Notes under the pieces: model-generated
Database searches by the model: none
What the model was told of the DNA's origin: nothing
The model's input: the letters and a program-made list of their open reading frames with translations, nothing else
Source: a bacterium
Lineage (GTDB): Bacteria > Planctomycetota > UBA8108 > UBA1146
Assembly: GCA_029976805.1 (NCBI GenBank)
Contig: JAPOLY010000005.1
Coordinates: forward strand, 1,353-65,352
Direction: 5' to 3'
DNA: 64,000 nucleotides
In this document: positions 28,053-36,927 of the stretch, piece by piece
Numbering within the stretch: position 1 is the stretch's first letter
How the letters are laid out: the number at the start of each line of letters is the position of its first letter
Program-made: the position numbers and the translations under genes

Positions 28053-29090
28053 TCAATCCCGGTCTGCGTCCACTGCAGGTGAACGGTTCATGCCATCCCA
28101 AACCACCGGAGCCGGCGTCACTTTCGCGAGATCGAAGTGGTCGATCAGGTCTTCTGGACGCAATTTTTGCCCCTCCGGTGCGAGACCACTCAGGCTCGCC
28201 AGGGTACCGACGATCTCCTCAGGCGTGACCCCCTGCCGGCGATAGTGGGCAAGGCTCGTATCTCCATGGCGCTTGGCCAATCGCAACCCATCCGGCCCCA
28301 CCAAAAGGGGGACATGAATAAAAGCCGGTGGGCTCCAACCCAGATATCGGTATAGGAGGATCTGACGCGGGGTTGAAGGGATCAGATCATCTGCTCTCAG
28401 CACTTCTGTCACCCCATCTGCGGCATCATCGACGACGACAGCCAACTGATAGGACGGGGTTCCATCTCGCTTTCGGAGAACAAAATCCCCCGCCAATGCC
28501 CCCTCCTCTTTCCCCCGAAACCCATCTTCAAAGGGAACCGAACCATCTTCGAGCCTCAATCTCAAGGCCGGATCCCTCCCCGTGGCACTTTTAGCCTCCT
28601 CGAGCGAGGACCACTGATCACGACAGGTACCGGGGTAGACCATCTCGGAAGGCGGCAGTTTCGATTCATGGGGAGCACTGGCCGCTTCCTCGATCTCCCT
28701 CCGCGTACAAACGCAGGGGTAGGCGACCTTCTGTTTGACCAACTCACTCAACGCCGCCTCATGATGCTGCCGAAACTGGCTCTGGATACGGATTTCATCG
28801 TCCCAGTCCAGGCCCAACCATTGCAAATCCTCGATGGCGGATTCCGTCGCCCCCTGTCGCACGCGTGGACCATCCAGATCCTCGATTCTCAAAAGCAATT
28901 TCCCGCCCTGCTTTCGCATCGACAGCCACGCAAACAAAAAGGAGCGGGCATTGCCCAAATGGAGAACACCGGTCGGACTGGGGGCGAGCCTGCCGACAGG
29001 AAGTGGACCGTTCTCACCCTTTATTGCGGGTTCAGACTGTGGCTCTTTTGCCGAATGCACTGAAAATTTTCCTCTCTCGGGCTCCACCAT
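28053..29090 (-). CDS. gluQ: Glutamyl-Q tRNA(Asp) synthetase
   Basis: Motifs GRLAPSPTG.LHLGN, RIEDLD, YPCVCTR, YPGTCR, YQLAVVVDD and RLAKRHG. No anticodon-binding domain. Confidence 0.92.
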   Translation of the reverse strand: MVEPERGKFSVHSAKEPQSEPAIKGENGPLPVGRLAPSPTGVLHLGNARSFLFAWLSMRKQGGKLLLRIEDLDGPRVRQGATESAIEDLQWLGLDWDDEIRIQSQFRQHHEAALSELVKQKVAYPCVCTRREIEEAASAPHESKLPPSEMVYPGTCRDQWSSLEEAKSATGRDPALRLRLEDGSVPFEDGFRGKEEGALAGDFVLRKRDGTPSYQLAVVVDDAADGVTEVLRADDLIPSTPRQILLYRYLGWSPPAFIHVPLLVGPDGLRLAKRHGDTSLAHYRRQGVTPEEIVGTLASLSGLAPEGQKLRPEDLIDHFDLAKVTPAPVVWDGMNRSPAVDADRD

Positions 29091-29320
29091 GGGCCGTCAA
29101 AGTGGGATCTTTCGTGGATTCCAGGTTTGGTGATATCATGGAGTTGTGGATCCGAACAGGGTCCCTCTGCAGGGTGACCTGCGGCGTGCGCAGGTACTGC
29201 GGAGTTTTGCGAGACTTTTTCCACTGGCAGGACGCTGCCAGTGAGGACGGTGCCCGGTTGTGGGTGTCACGTCCACGTGAGACCGGGAAACTCCAAACCA
29301 AGAAAGGAGGTGGTCCATTG

Positions 29321-29359
29321 ATGATTGTCCGTGGCTCTATCAGGAGGTGGGTTCGTTAA
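29321..29359 (+). CDS. Candidate 12-aa small ORF (MIVRGSIRRWVR) behind an extended Shine-Dalgarno
   Basis: AGAAAGGAGGTGGTCCA (29301-29317) is followed by TTG-ATG, TAA at 29357-29359, and a terminator downstream. Confidence 0.4.
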   Translation: MIVRGSIRRWVR

Positions 29360-29413
29360 CCCGCGCCTCTGACGGGGGAAGCGGTGAATCCGCTTAATCC
29401 ACCTGGTAGAAAC

Positions 29414-29452
29414 AGGGCCCGAAGGGAAAACCTTCGGGCCCTTCTTCTTTTT
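29414..29452 (+). terminator. Intrinsic terminator closing the small-ORF/structured RNA unit upstream of prfB
   Basis: AGGGCCCGAAGG-GAAAA-CCTTCGGGCCCT followed by TCTTCTTTTT. Confidence 0.85.
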
Positions 29453-29651
29453 CCGGTGAGAGCAGTCCCTTTCTTGGCTCTCGCCAGACCCCCCTCCTGT
29501 CCTGCCCTCTATCCCTCTCTCCACTCCCGATCGATAAATTCCTTCCCATGGCTCGCCGTTAGGCTTGTTTCGGGGCATCCCTGTCGACATGATGGAAACA
29601 GTTCGTATTCACCGGGTTCTGAAACTTCCCCATGACGAGGAGCGGGTCACC

Positions 29652-30767
29652 TTGAGTGCCGAGACCAAGGCTCGACTGAAGAGCATCCAACTACTCCTCG
29701 AACGAATCCGCCATGCCGTCCGATTTGACGAGCTCAAGGAAAAACTGGGGAGCCTGGAAGAGAAGATGTCCGCCCAGGATTTCTGGGACGACCGGGAAGC
29801 CGCAGAGAAAATTATCCAGTCGATGAAGTCGACCAAGTCTTCGGTTCAGTCCATCGAGAAACTTGAACAGGGACTGGAAGACGTACAGGTCCTCATGGAG
29901 CTTGCGGAATCAGAGTCGGATGAAGAATCTCTGGAGGAAGCAGAATCGGAAACCCTGAGGCTTCAGGAAAGTGCAGAGAGCCTTGAGTTGAAAACGCTCC
30001 TCAATGGGAAATACGACCAGGCAAGCGCATACATCGAAATTCAGTCCGGTGCAGGTGGCACTGACGCCGCAGACTGGACCCTGATGGTTCAACGCATGTT
30101 CCTTCGCTGGGGTGAAAAACAGGGCTACAAAACCCAGATCATCGATGAACAGCACGGTGAAGAAGCCGGCCTCAAGTCATCCACGATCCACCTTTCAGGG
30201 GACTATGCATATGGCTACCTGCGTTCTGAATCCGGTGTGCACCGGATCGTTCGAATTTCCCCGTTCGACGCACAGGCACGCAGACAGACCGCATTTTGTT
30301 CCATTCGTGTCACACCGGAAACCGACAATACAGATGGCGTAGAAATCGTCGACTCTGACCTTCGCGTCGATACCTATCGTGCTAGCGGAGCTGGAGGCCA
30401 GCACGTGAACACGACCGACTCGGCGGTTCGCATCACTCACATGCCCACCGGGATCGTCGTCCAATGCCAAAATGAACGCAGTCAGCATGCCAACAAGGCC
30501 CAGGCTCTCAGGGTTCTCAAGGCAAGGATCATCGAGGTGCAGGAAGAAAAGCGGCGCGAAGAAATGAATGCCATCCAGGGTTCAAAAAGTGACATCGCTT
30601 TTGGCAGTCAGATCCGATCCTATGTCATGCACCCCTACAAGATGGTCAAAGACCATCGAACTGACCACGAAACCAGTAACGTCGATGCCGTACTCGACGG
30701 TGAATTGCAGCCTTTCATTGAGCATTGGTTGCGCCACAGAAACCGAACAGAAACGGAATCACAGTGA
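29652..30767 (+). CDS. prfB: Peptide chain release factor 2, continuous ORF without programmed frameshift
   Basis: SPF motif (RISPFD), GGQ motif (GAGGQHVN) and FGSQIRSYV. GAGGAG SD before TTG 29652. Confidence 0.95.
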   Translation: MSAETKARLKSIQLLLERIRHAVRFDELKEKLGSLEEKMSAQDFWDDREAAEKIIQSMKSTKSSVQSIEKLEQGLEDVQVLMELAESESDEESLEEAESETLRLQESAESLELKTLLNGKYDQASAYIEIQSGAGGTDAADWTLMVQRMFLRWGEKQGYKTQIIDEQHGEEAGLKSSTIHLSGDYAYGYLRSESGVHRIVRISPFDAQARRQTAFCSIRVTPETDNTDGVEIVDSDLRVDTYRASGAGGQHVNTTDSAVRITHMPTGIVVQCQNERSQHANKAQALRVLKARIIEVQEEKRREEMNAIQGSKSDIAFGSQIRSYVMHPYKMVKDHRTDHETSNVDAVLDGELQPFIEHWLRHRNRTETESQ

Positions 30768-30781
30768 AAGAGGAAATGATC

Positions 30782-32017
30782 ATGGAAACATTGGAAAATT
30801 CCGATCCCGACATCGCCGCCATCGTGACTCGCGAGGAGGAACGGCAGCGAAATGAGATCAACCTCATCGCCAGTGAAAACATCGTCAGTGAAGCGATCCT
30901 GACTGCCCAGGGATCCGTCTTGACCAACAAGTATGCTGAAGGCTACCCGGGTAAACGCTACTACGGGGGCTGCGAAGTGGTTGACGAAGCAGAAAATCTG
31001 GCACGGGATCGTGCAAAGGAACTCTTCGGTGCCGACCATGCCAATGTGCAGCCCCATTCAGGAACTCAGGCGAACATCGCTGCCTACTCTGCTCTTCTCA
31101 AACCGGGAGACAAGGTACTGGCGATGGATCTCGCCCACGGTGGACATCTTTCGCACGGTGCAAAGGTGAGCCTGACCGGCAAGGTCTACAACTTCACCCA
31201 CTATCCCGTCAATGCAGAAACTGAAACCATCGACATCGACGAGGTGCTGAAAATTGCCAAGGAGGTACAGCCCCAGCTGATTATTGCCGGTGCCAGTGCC
31301 TATCCTCGCGTGATCGACTTTGAGGCTTTCCGCAAGGTAGCGGATGAGGTGGAATCCAAATTCATGGTCGACATGGCACACATCGCCGGGTTGGTTGCCG
31401 CCGGCGTCCATCCCAGTCCTGTCCCCCATGCCGATGTCGTCACCACCACGACCCACAAAACTCTCAGAGGGCCGCGCAGCGGATTGATCCTCTGTCGCAA
31501 GAAATGGGCACGCAAAATTGACTCCGGAGTTTTCCCGGGAGATCAGGGTGGCCCGTTGATGCACCTGGTCGCTGCGAGAGCGGTCTGTTTCCGTGAAGCG
31601 ATGTCTGAAGAGTTCCGCGAATATGCCCGCAGTATTGTCACCAATGCTCAAAAACTTGGGCAGATCCTCATGGACGGCGGAGTTCGACTGGTCGCAGGAG
31701 GCACCGACAATCATATGGTGTTGGCGGACGTTCGCTCATTGGATCTGACGGGAGATATTGCGGAACGGGCTCTGGGTGAAGCTGGAATCGTCGTCAACAT
31801 GAACATGATTCCCCATGACCCGAATCCTCCCCTGAGACCCAGCGGAATCCGCATTGGAACTCCTACTGTCACCAGTCGGGGAATGGGAGATGTTGAGATC
31901 GAACGCATCGGCAGTTGGATTCTTGAAGTTCTCAAAAATCCGGAGGACACTTCACTCCATCGGAGCATTCGCTCTCAGGTCCGTGAAATGTGCGGAGAAT
32001 TCCCGACCAGAATCTGA
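30782..32017 (+). CDS. glyA: Serine hydroxymethyltransferase
   Basis: Motifs LIASEN, NKYAEGYPGKRYYGG, GGHLSHG and TTTHKTLRGPR. Confidence 0.97.
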   Translation: METLENSDPDIAAIVTREEERQRNEINLIASENIVSEAILTAQGSVLTNKYAEGYPGKRYYGGCEVVDEAENLARDRAKELFGADHANVQPHSGTQANIAAYSALLKPGDKVLAMDLAHGGHLSHGAKVSLTGKVYNFTHYPVNAETETIDIDEVLKIAKEVQPQLIIAGASAYPRVIDFEAFRKVADEVESKFMVDMAHIAGLVAAGVHPSPVPHADVVTTTTHKTLRGPRSGLILCRKKWARKIDSGVFPGDQGGPLMHLVAARAVCFREAMSEEFREYARSIVTNAQKLGQILMDGGVRLVAGGTDNHMVLADVRSLDLTGDIAERALGEAGIVVNMNMIPHDPNPPLRPSGIRIGTPTVTSRGMGDVEIERIGSWILEVLKNPEDTSLHRSIRSQVREMCGEFPTRI

Positions 32018-32022
32018 TCCGT

Positions 32023-32094
32023 GTATCCGTCTCAAGACCCGTTTCCGTCTCAAGACCCGTTTCCGTCTCAAGACCCGTATCCGTCTCAAGACCT
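32023..32094. repeat. 4 x 18-bp tandem repeat GT(A/T)TCCGTCTCAAGACC(C/T) between convergent glyA and trpS
   Basis: Units start at 32023, 32041, 32059 and 32077, with no spacers. The last unit contains the trpS stop codon. Confidence 0.95.
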
Positions 32095-33084
32095 CTCGGA
32101 ACGGGACTGGATACCGATCGCCTGATGAACCGCTTCCATCGTCTCCTCGACGATGGGGCGGATCTTCCGTGCACCCTCCCTGAGAATCTCCTCAACCTTG
32201 TCTGGATCACTCTCCAGATTCGCCCTTGCAGTTCGTGCATCGGCGAAATGCTCAAGGAGGGCCTCAAAAAGTTCCTGCTTGGCGTGACCGTATCCATAAC
32301 CGATGCCTGTTGATCGCATCTTGTCCGCCATCTCGTCGACTTTTTCTTGCGGCGCTACCAACTTGTAGAGTTCATGGATCGTGTTGCCCTCGGGATCCTT
32401 GGGATCATCCACCCCCTGAGAATCGGTGACGATACCCATGATCTTTTTTCGAAGTTTTTTCTCCGGTTCAAAGATCCCCAGGTCATTCCCGTAGGATTTG
32501 CTCATCTTCTGGCCATCCACACCGGGAACCTTGGCAGCCTGTCCTTCAAGGATCAGTGGCTCAGGAAGTGGAAACACTTCGCCATACAGTTGATTGAATT
32601 TTCCTGCGATATCCCGGGTCACCTCTACGTGTTGCTTCTGATCCTGTCCCACCGGAACGCGATGGGATCGGACGATCAAAATGTCTGCAGCCATGAGACA
32701 TGGATAGGCGAAAAGACCATGATCCGCAGAAATTCCTTTTTCGACCTTGTCTTTATATGCATGACAACGCTCAAGGAGCCCCATCGGGGTCAGTGTCGAG
32801 AGAACCCAGGACAACTCACAAACCTCTGGAACATCTTCCTGCCGGTAAATCACCGCTTTTTCAGGATCGAGTCCCAAGGCCAAATAATCACAAGCAATAC
32901 CGAAAATGTTGTCGCGGAGTGTTTCGGCTTTTTTGACGGTGGTCAGGGCGTGGTAGGTGGCGATGAAGTAGTGCGCTCCGCCCTCCCTCTGGAGGTCGAT
33001 CCACTGGCGAACAGCACCGAAGTAGTTCCCCAGATGGATTCCCGAACTGGTCGGAGTCAATCCAGAGAGTGTGACCTGACTCAT
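32086..33084 (-). CDS. trpS: Tryptophan--tRNA ligase
   Basis: Motifs HLGNYFGA, YPCLMAADIL, VPVGQDQKQH and KMSKS. Confidence 0.96.
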   Translation of the reverse strand: MSQVTLSGLTPTSSGIHLGNYFGAVRQWIDLQREGGAHYFIATYHALTTVKKAETLRDNIFGIACDYLALGLDPEKAVIYRQEDVPEVCELSWVLSTLTPMGLLERCHAYKDKVEKGISADHGLFAYPCLMAADILIVRSHRVPVGQDQKQHVEVTRDIAGKFNQLYGEVFPLPEPLILEGQAAKVPGVDGQKMSKSYGNDLGIFEPEKKLRKKIMGIVTDSQGVDDPKDPEGNTIHELYKLVAPQEKVDEMADKMRSTGIGYGYGHAKQELFEALLEHFADARTARANLESDPDKVEEILREGARKIRPIVEETMEAVHQAIGIQSRSERS

Positions 33085-33323
33085 CGCTGATTCCCGTCCT
33101 TGGCTCTGTTTCTGTATCCGATACCCGGACAGGCCCGGGCACGGAGGCATTCCGAGGGTATCCCGAAGGATATGGCCCTAATCAGGAATCAGGGTACAGA
33201 AATCACCGCAGAACTCCAGAAAGACAGCAAAACTTGTCCCAAGAACTAATCTTGAGCAGAATGATCTCCCTTGATCGCCAAAGCCTAAATGCGGAAGATC
33301 CTGAATCGAATGAGGAGGCCCCC

Positions 33324-34169
33324 ATGGCGAAGACAACTTCAAAACCCCGTGGAAGTTTGATGCGGGCCTTCATTACCGGGTTGGCAACTCTGCTACCCAC
33401 GGTACTGACCATTATCATCATCACGGTCTCCTACAACTTCCTTGACGAGAAAATTGCACAACCGATCACAGGCCTGATCCGTAAAGGTTTCTCCTCCGAA
33501 ATCGCCAAAGAGTACTTTTGGAAAGACACCGTCAAGCTTCAGGATTGGCAACTGGATGAAGCCATCGATGACAGTGGCCTCCCGGAACGAGCCGGTGACA
33601 TTCCCTTCTCTCAGCAAGTTGAGCAAATCAGCCCAAACTGGCTTGGGTTCATCATCGCCATCTTCCTCGTGCTCGCTGTGGGTATTATCTTCCGTGGAGT
33701 CCTGGGAAGACAACTGCTGAAATTGATCGAAGGTCTGATCAAGCGCATCCCTTTCATCAAAATCATCTACCCGTATGCCAAACAGGTGACAGAGTTCTTC
33801 TTTGAGGAAAAAAACAAAATCGAATACGACACTGCAGTGGCAGTTCAGTATCCGAGAATGGGAATCTGGTCCCTTGGATTCGTGACCAGCAATGGATTCA
33901 AGACGATTCAGGAAAAGCATGGAGGCCCCATGGTCGCCATCTTCATCCCCTCCAGTCCCACGCCAATCACCGGATACACGATTCTGGTTCCCCGAGACGA
34001 GATCATTCCACTCGACTTGAGTGTCGACGAAGTACTGAGATTCACGATTTCAGGCGGGGTGATCGTGCCAACGGATGAGATTCCCCAAATGGGCTCTGCG
34101 CCCGATTTGAAGGGAACCGGAGATCTATCTGTGGACTCAAATTCTACAGAAGATGGCCCGAACGCTTGA
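33324..34169 (+). CDS. DUF502 family membrane protein
   Basis: Motifs FITGL..LLP, IPFIKIIY, VQYPR.GIWSLGFVT, FIPSSPTPITG and ISGG. GAGGAGG SD. Confidence 0.9.
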   Translation: MAKTTSKPRGSLMRAFITGLATLLPTVLTIIIITVSYNFLDEKIAQPITGLIRKGFSSEIAKEYFWKDTVKLQDWQLDEAIDDSGLPERAGDIPFSQQVEQISPNWLGFIIAIFLVLAVGIIFRGVLGRQLLKLIEGLIKRIPFIKIIYPYAKQVTEFFFEEKNKIEYDTAVAVQYPRMGIWSLGFVTSNGFKTIQEKHGGPMVAIFIPSSPTPITGYTILVPRDEIIPLDLSVDEVLRFTISGGVIVPTDEIPQMGSAPDLKGTGDLSVDSNSTEDGPNA

Positions 34170-34226
34170 CGGGAGAATCTTCCTGACTAGCATCAGGTTT
34201 CTGGAAATGCTGATTTGTCAAAGGGT

Positions 34227-34303
34227 CGGGCCGTAGCGCAGTTTGGTAGCGCGCCACGATGGGGCCGTGGAGGTCGGTGGTTCGAATCCACTCGGTCCGA
34301 CCA
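34227..34303 (+). tRNA. tRNA-Pro (GGG)
   Basis: CGGGCCGTAGCGCAGTTTGGTAGCGCG-CCACG-ATGGGGC-CGTGG-AGGTCGGTGGTTCGAATCCACTCGGTCCGACCA, with CCA encoded. Confidence 0.95.
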
Positions 34304-34403
34304 TACTTTTCAATCGCGACGTCTTTTTTGATCATGGTCGACTTGCCGATCATTCGGGATACCAGGCAACTGTTCGGCCAAATCCGGCAGTGAGGCATGA
34401 TCC

Positions 34404-35258
34404 GTGACTGACCCAGCCTCCACAGACTCAAGCCCCCCGAGTTCCCTTCCAAAGGACTCCCCTCATTCTGCTGAAGCCAGAGTGCCCCTGATTCATCGGG
34501 ATCAGGGAAGAACTGTGCATTACTTCGGGGATTCTCAGCCAATCCTCGAAAAACTGGGGTTCATGTCGGGTAAACCGTCTACTCCAGCTTATGAGCACTT
34601 GCCGGGAAGAACGCAGCACCCTGTCTATTCGATTTCAAAATCGGACAAGTTCATGTGGAAGTTATGCCGCCGTGGAGGATTTCTGTCCCGATTCAATCGA
34701 AAGACCTACTTTTCCACTCGGCGTTTCGTGGAGGAATTGGTCCTTTCTGATCGATTGCACAGATCAGGAATCCCGTCTTCAAGAGTGTTGGCATTTTCGG
34801 CAACACGAATGGGTCTCGGTTTCGAAGTCGCCCAAATCATCCAATTGGAAGAGAATGTCATTTCCATCAGCGATCTGCTGGGAATCAATAAAACACCTCC
34901 TGCCCGAACCCAGATTCGCAGCACAGGTGAGCTGATCCACCGCTTCCATAGCGCAGGCTTCCTCCATGGTGACCTCAATCTCATGAATATTATGGTCAAT
35001 GCAGATGCAAAGGCCCCGGTCAAATCGCTTCTGGTAGATCTGGATCCGGGCTCTGTACCGCCGGGTGCGAACAGGACAGGAAATCTCGCAAGACTGGCCC
35101 GTTCCTATGCGAAGATCCTCAACAAAGGAGGCTCTCGGCTCACAGCCGGTGACCGATTCAGGTTTCTTTACTGTGCAACCGGTGGAGATCGAAACCTGAT
35201 GAAAGCCGCCCTCAAGCAATGCCTCCCTTTTCTTCCGGAAAGTGAACACTCCCGTTGA
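34404..35258 (+). CDS. Kdo/WaaP-family lipopolysaccharide kinase
   Basis: Motifs K..RRGGF, HGDLNLMNI, LVDLD and NLARLARS, as in KdkA-like kinases. Confidence 0.8.
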   Translation: MTDPASTDSSPPSSLPKDSPHSAEARVPLIHRDQGRTVHYFGDSQPILEKLGFMSGKPSTPAYEHLPGRTQHPVYSISKSDKFMWKLCRRGGFLSRFNRKTYFSTRRFVEELVLSDRLHRSGIPSSRVLAFSATRMGLGFEVAQIIQLEENVISISDLLGINKTPPARTQIRSTGELIHRFHSAGFLHGDLNLMNIMVNADAKAPVKSLLVDLDPGSVPPGANRTGNLARLARSYAKILNKGGSRLTAGDRFRFLYCATGGDRNLMKAALKQCLPFLPESEHSR

Positions 35259-36076
35259 AACCTGTTATTGGCTCCATCAACTTCCTGAATGCTGACCCTC
35301 TCTGTCTAAAACTGGAGGACGTGGATCATCGTTGGGAAGTTCTTCATGACCTCCCCAGCAATCTGGCAGCAAAATTGCGCCAGAAGCACTTGGACGTCGC
35401 ATTGGTTCCTCAGGTGGAAGCTTGCAGGTCAGAAGACTATCGAATTCTTCCTGGTCACTGCATCTCTTGTGATGGAGCAGTCGGATCGATTCTTCTCTTT
35501 GGTGACACTGAGTGGAAGAACCTACGAACTGTTTCGGTCGACAAGGCCAGTAATTCTTCAGTGGCACTGCTCTCTGTCTTGAGACATCTGGACGGATTGC
35601 CTCCTCTGGAAATCTCTGTTGGACAATCGGATCTCTCACCACTTGAATCGGATCACAAATCAGATTCGGTTCTCCTCATCGGAGATCCGGCATTGGAAAA
35701 TGCCCACTCTCCATACCCCCGCCATGATCTGGGAACGATGTGGAAGGAAAGGACCGGACTTCCCTTCGTATTTGCTGTGTGGCTGGCTCGACCTACGATC
35801 CCCCAATGGGTGGTGGATTCGATTCATGAATCAGCCCGGCAGGGACTCTCAAGTCGTAATTCAATTGCAAAGATCTACTGTCGGGAGAACCCTGGAGTCC
35901 TCGATTTGCCTTCCGCCCTGCATTACCTTCATGAAAACATTCGCTATGAACTGGGTGATCCACAGATAGAGGCACTGAGAGAGTTCCATCGCTTGCGTTG
36001 TGAGATGGACCCCAACCTCAATCCGCAATGGTCACCCCGATTCCTTACTGCAGATGAAATCGGTGACAAGTCATGA
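35255..36076 (+). CDS. mqnA: Chorismate dehydratase (futalosine menaquinone pathway)
   Basis: Motifs IGSINFLNADP, ISCDGAVGSI, LLIGDPAL and DLG.MWKERTGLPFVFAVW. Confidence 0.88.
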   Translation: MKPVIGSINFLNADPLCLKLEDVDHRWEVLHDLPSNLAAKLRQKHLDVALVPQVEACRSEDYRILPGHCISCDGAVGSILLFGDTEWKNLRTVSVDKASNSSVALLSVLRHLDGLPPLEISVGQSDLSPLESDHKSDSVLLIGDPALENAHSPYPRHDLGTMWKERTGLPFVFAVWLARPTIPQWVVDSIHESARQGLSSRNSIAKIYCRENPGVLDLPSALHYLHENIRYELGDPQIEALREFHRLRCEMDPNLNPQWSPRFLTADEIGDKS

Positions 36077-36927
36077 TTGAACTGACAGCCACGGTGATCA
36101 CCTTCAATGAAGAAGGCAACATCCGTGAATGTCTGGAATCCCTCAGTTGGGTTTCAACCATCATCGTTGTCGATTCAGGATCGACAGACAGAACCGTCGA
36201 GATTGCCCGAGAATACACAGATCACGTTCATGTGACCGACTGGCCTGGCCACGTTGAACAAAAGAACAGGGCAATCTCGCTCTCCAAGACGGACTGGATC
36301 ATCTCTCTCGATGCGGACGAGCGGGTTTCTGAAGAGCTTCGGGAAGAAATTATCCAGAACCTGCAAACCGAGCCTGAGGTTCCGGGTTTTTCAATGCCCA
36401 GGCGAACTTGGCATTTGGGTCAATGGATCCGAAATAGTGGCTGGTACCCGGATCGAAAGATTCGGGTTTTCAATCGACAAAAAGCTCACTGGGCGGGAAT
36501 GAATCCTCACGATCGAATTTCAATTCAAGGGACTCCCATGAAATTGAAAGGGGACCTGCTCCACTATTCATTCCGCGATCTTCATCATCACATTGAAGGA
36601 ATGGATTTCTTTACTGGCATTTCGGGCAAGGAAATGGACCTTCATGGAGTGGGAAGTCCACTGCTGGGAATGCTTCTCCGAGCTCCTTGGAGATTTTTCA
36701 GAATGCTGGTTCTTCAGAAAGGTTATCGGGATGGATTCGCCGGATTCATTCTGGCAGGCCTCGGGATGATCTATGTCTTCCTCAAATATGCTTGCCTCTG
36801 GGAGAGGCGCCAACTGAAGCGAAGGGGCCTCGATCCAGATTCCCAACCCAGGAATCATCGCGGCCCTGAATGGAAGCCCCCCAGAAAGCTGCCTCCTTCA
36901 CTGGTGAAATCCGGGGGCGACGGGTGA
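36073..36927 (+). CDS. GT2 glycosyltransferase (WaaE/KdtX-like LPS glucosyltransferase)
   Basis: Motifs VITFNEE, VVDSGSTDRT, SLDADE, GWYPD and GDLLHYS. Confidence 0.9.
   Translation: MIELTATVITFNEEGNIRECLESLSWVSTIIVVDSGSTDRTVEIAREYTDHVHVTDWPGHVEQKNRAISLSKTDWIISLDADERVSEELREEIIQNLQTEPEVPGFSMPRRTWHLGQWIRNSGWYPDRKIRVFNRQKAHWAGMNPHDRISIQGTPMKLKGDLLHYSFRDLHHHIEGMDFFTGISGKEMDLHGVGSPLLGMLLRAPWRFFRMLVLQKGYRDGFAGFILAGLGMIYVFLKYACLWERRQLKRRGLDPDSQPRNHRGPEWKPPRKLPPSLVKSGGDG

Noticed and set aside
29301..29317. Possible 16S rRNA 3'-end fragment on the minus strand
   Set aside because: Similarity stops at 17 nt and the flanks do not continue into helix 45 sequence. Treated as an extended SD instead.
32023..32094. 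Possible mini CRISPR array
   Set aside because: The units are contiguous 18-mers with no spacers, and there are no cas genes in the window.
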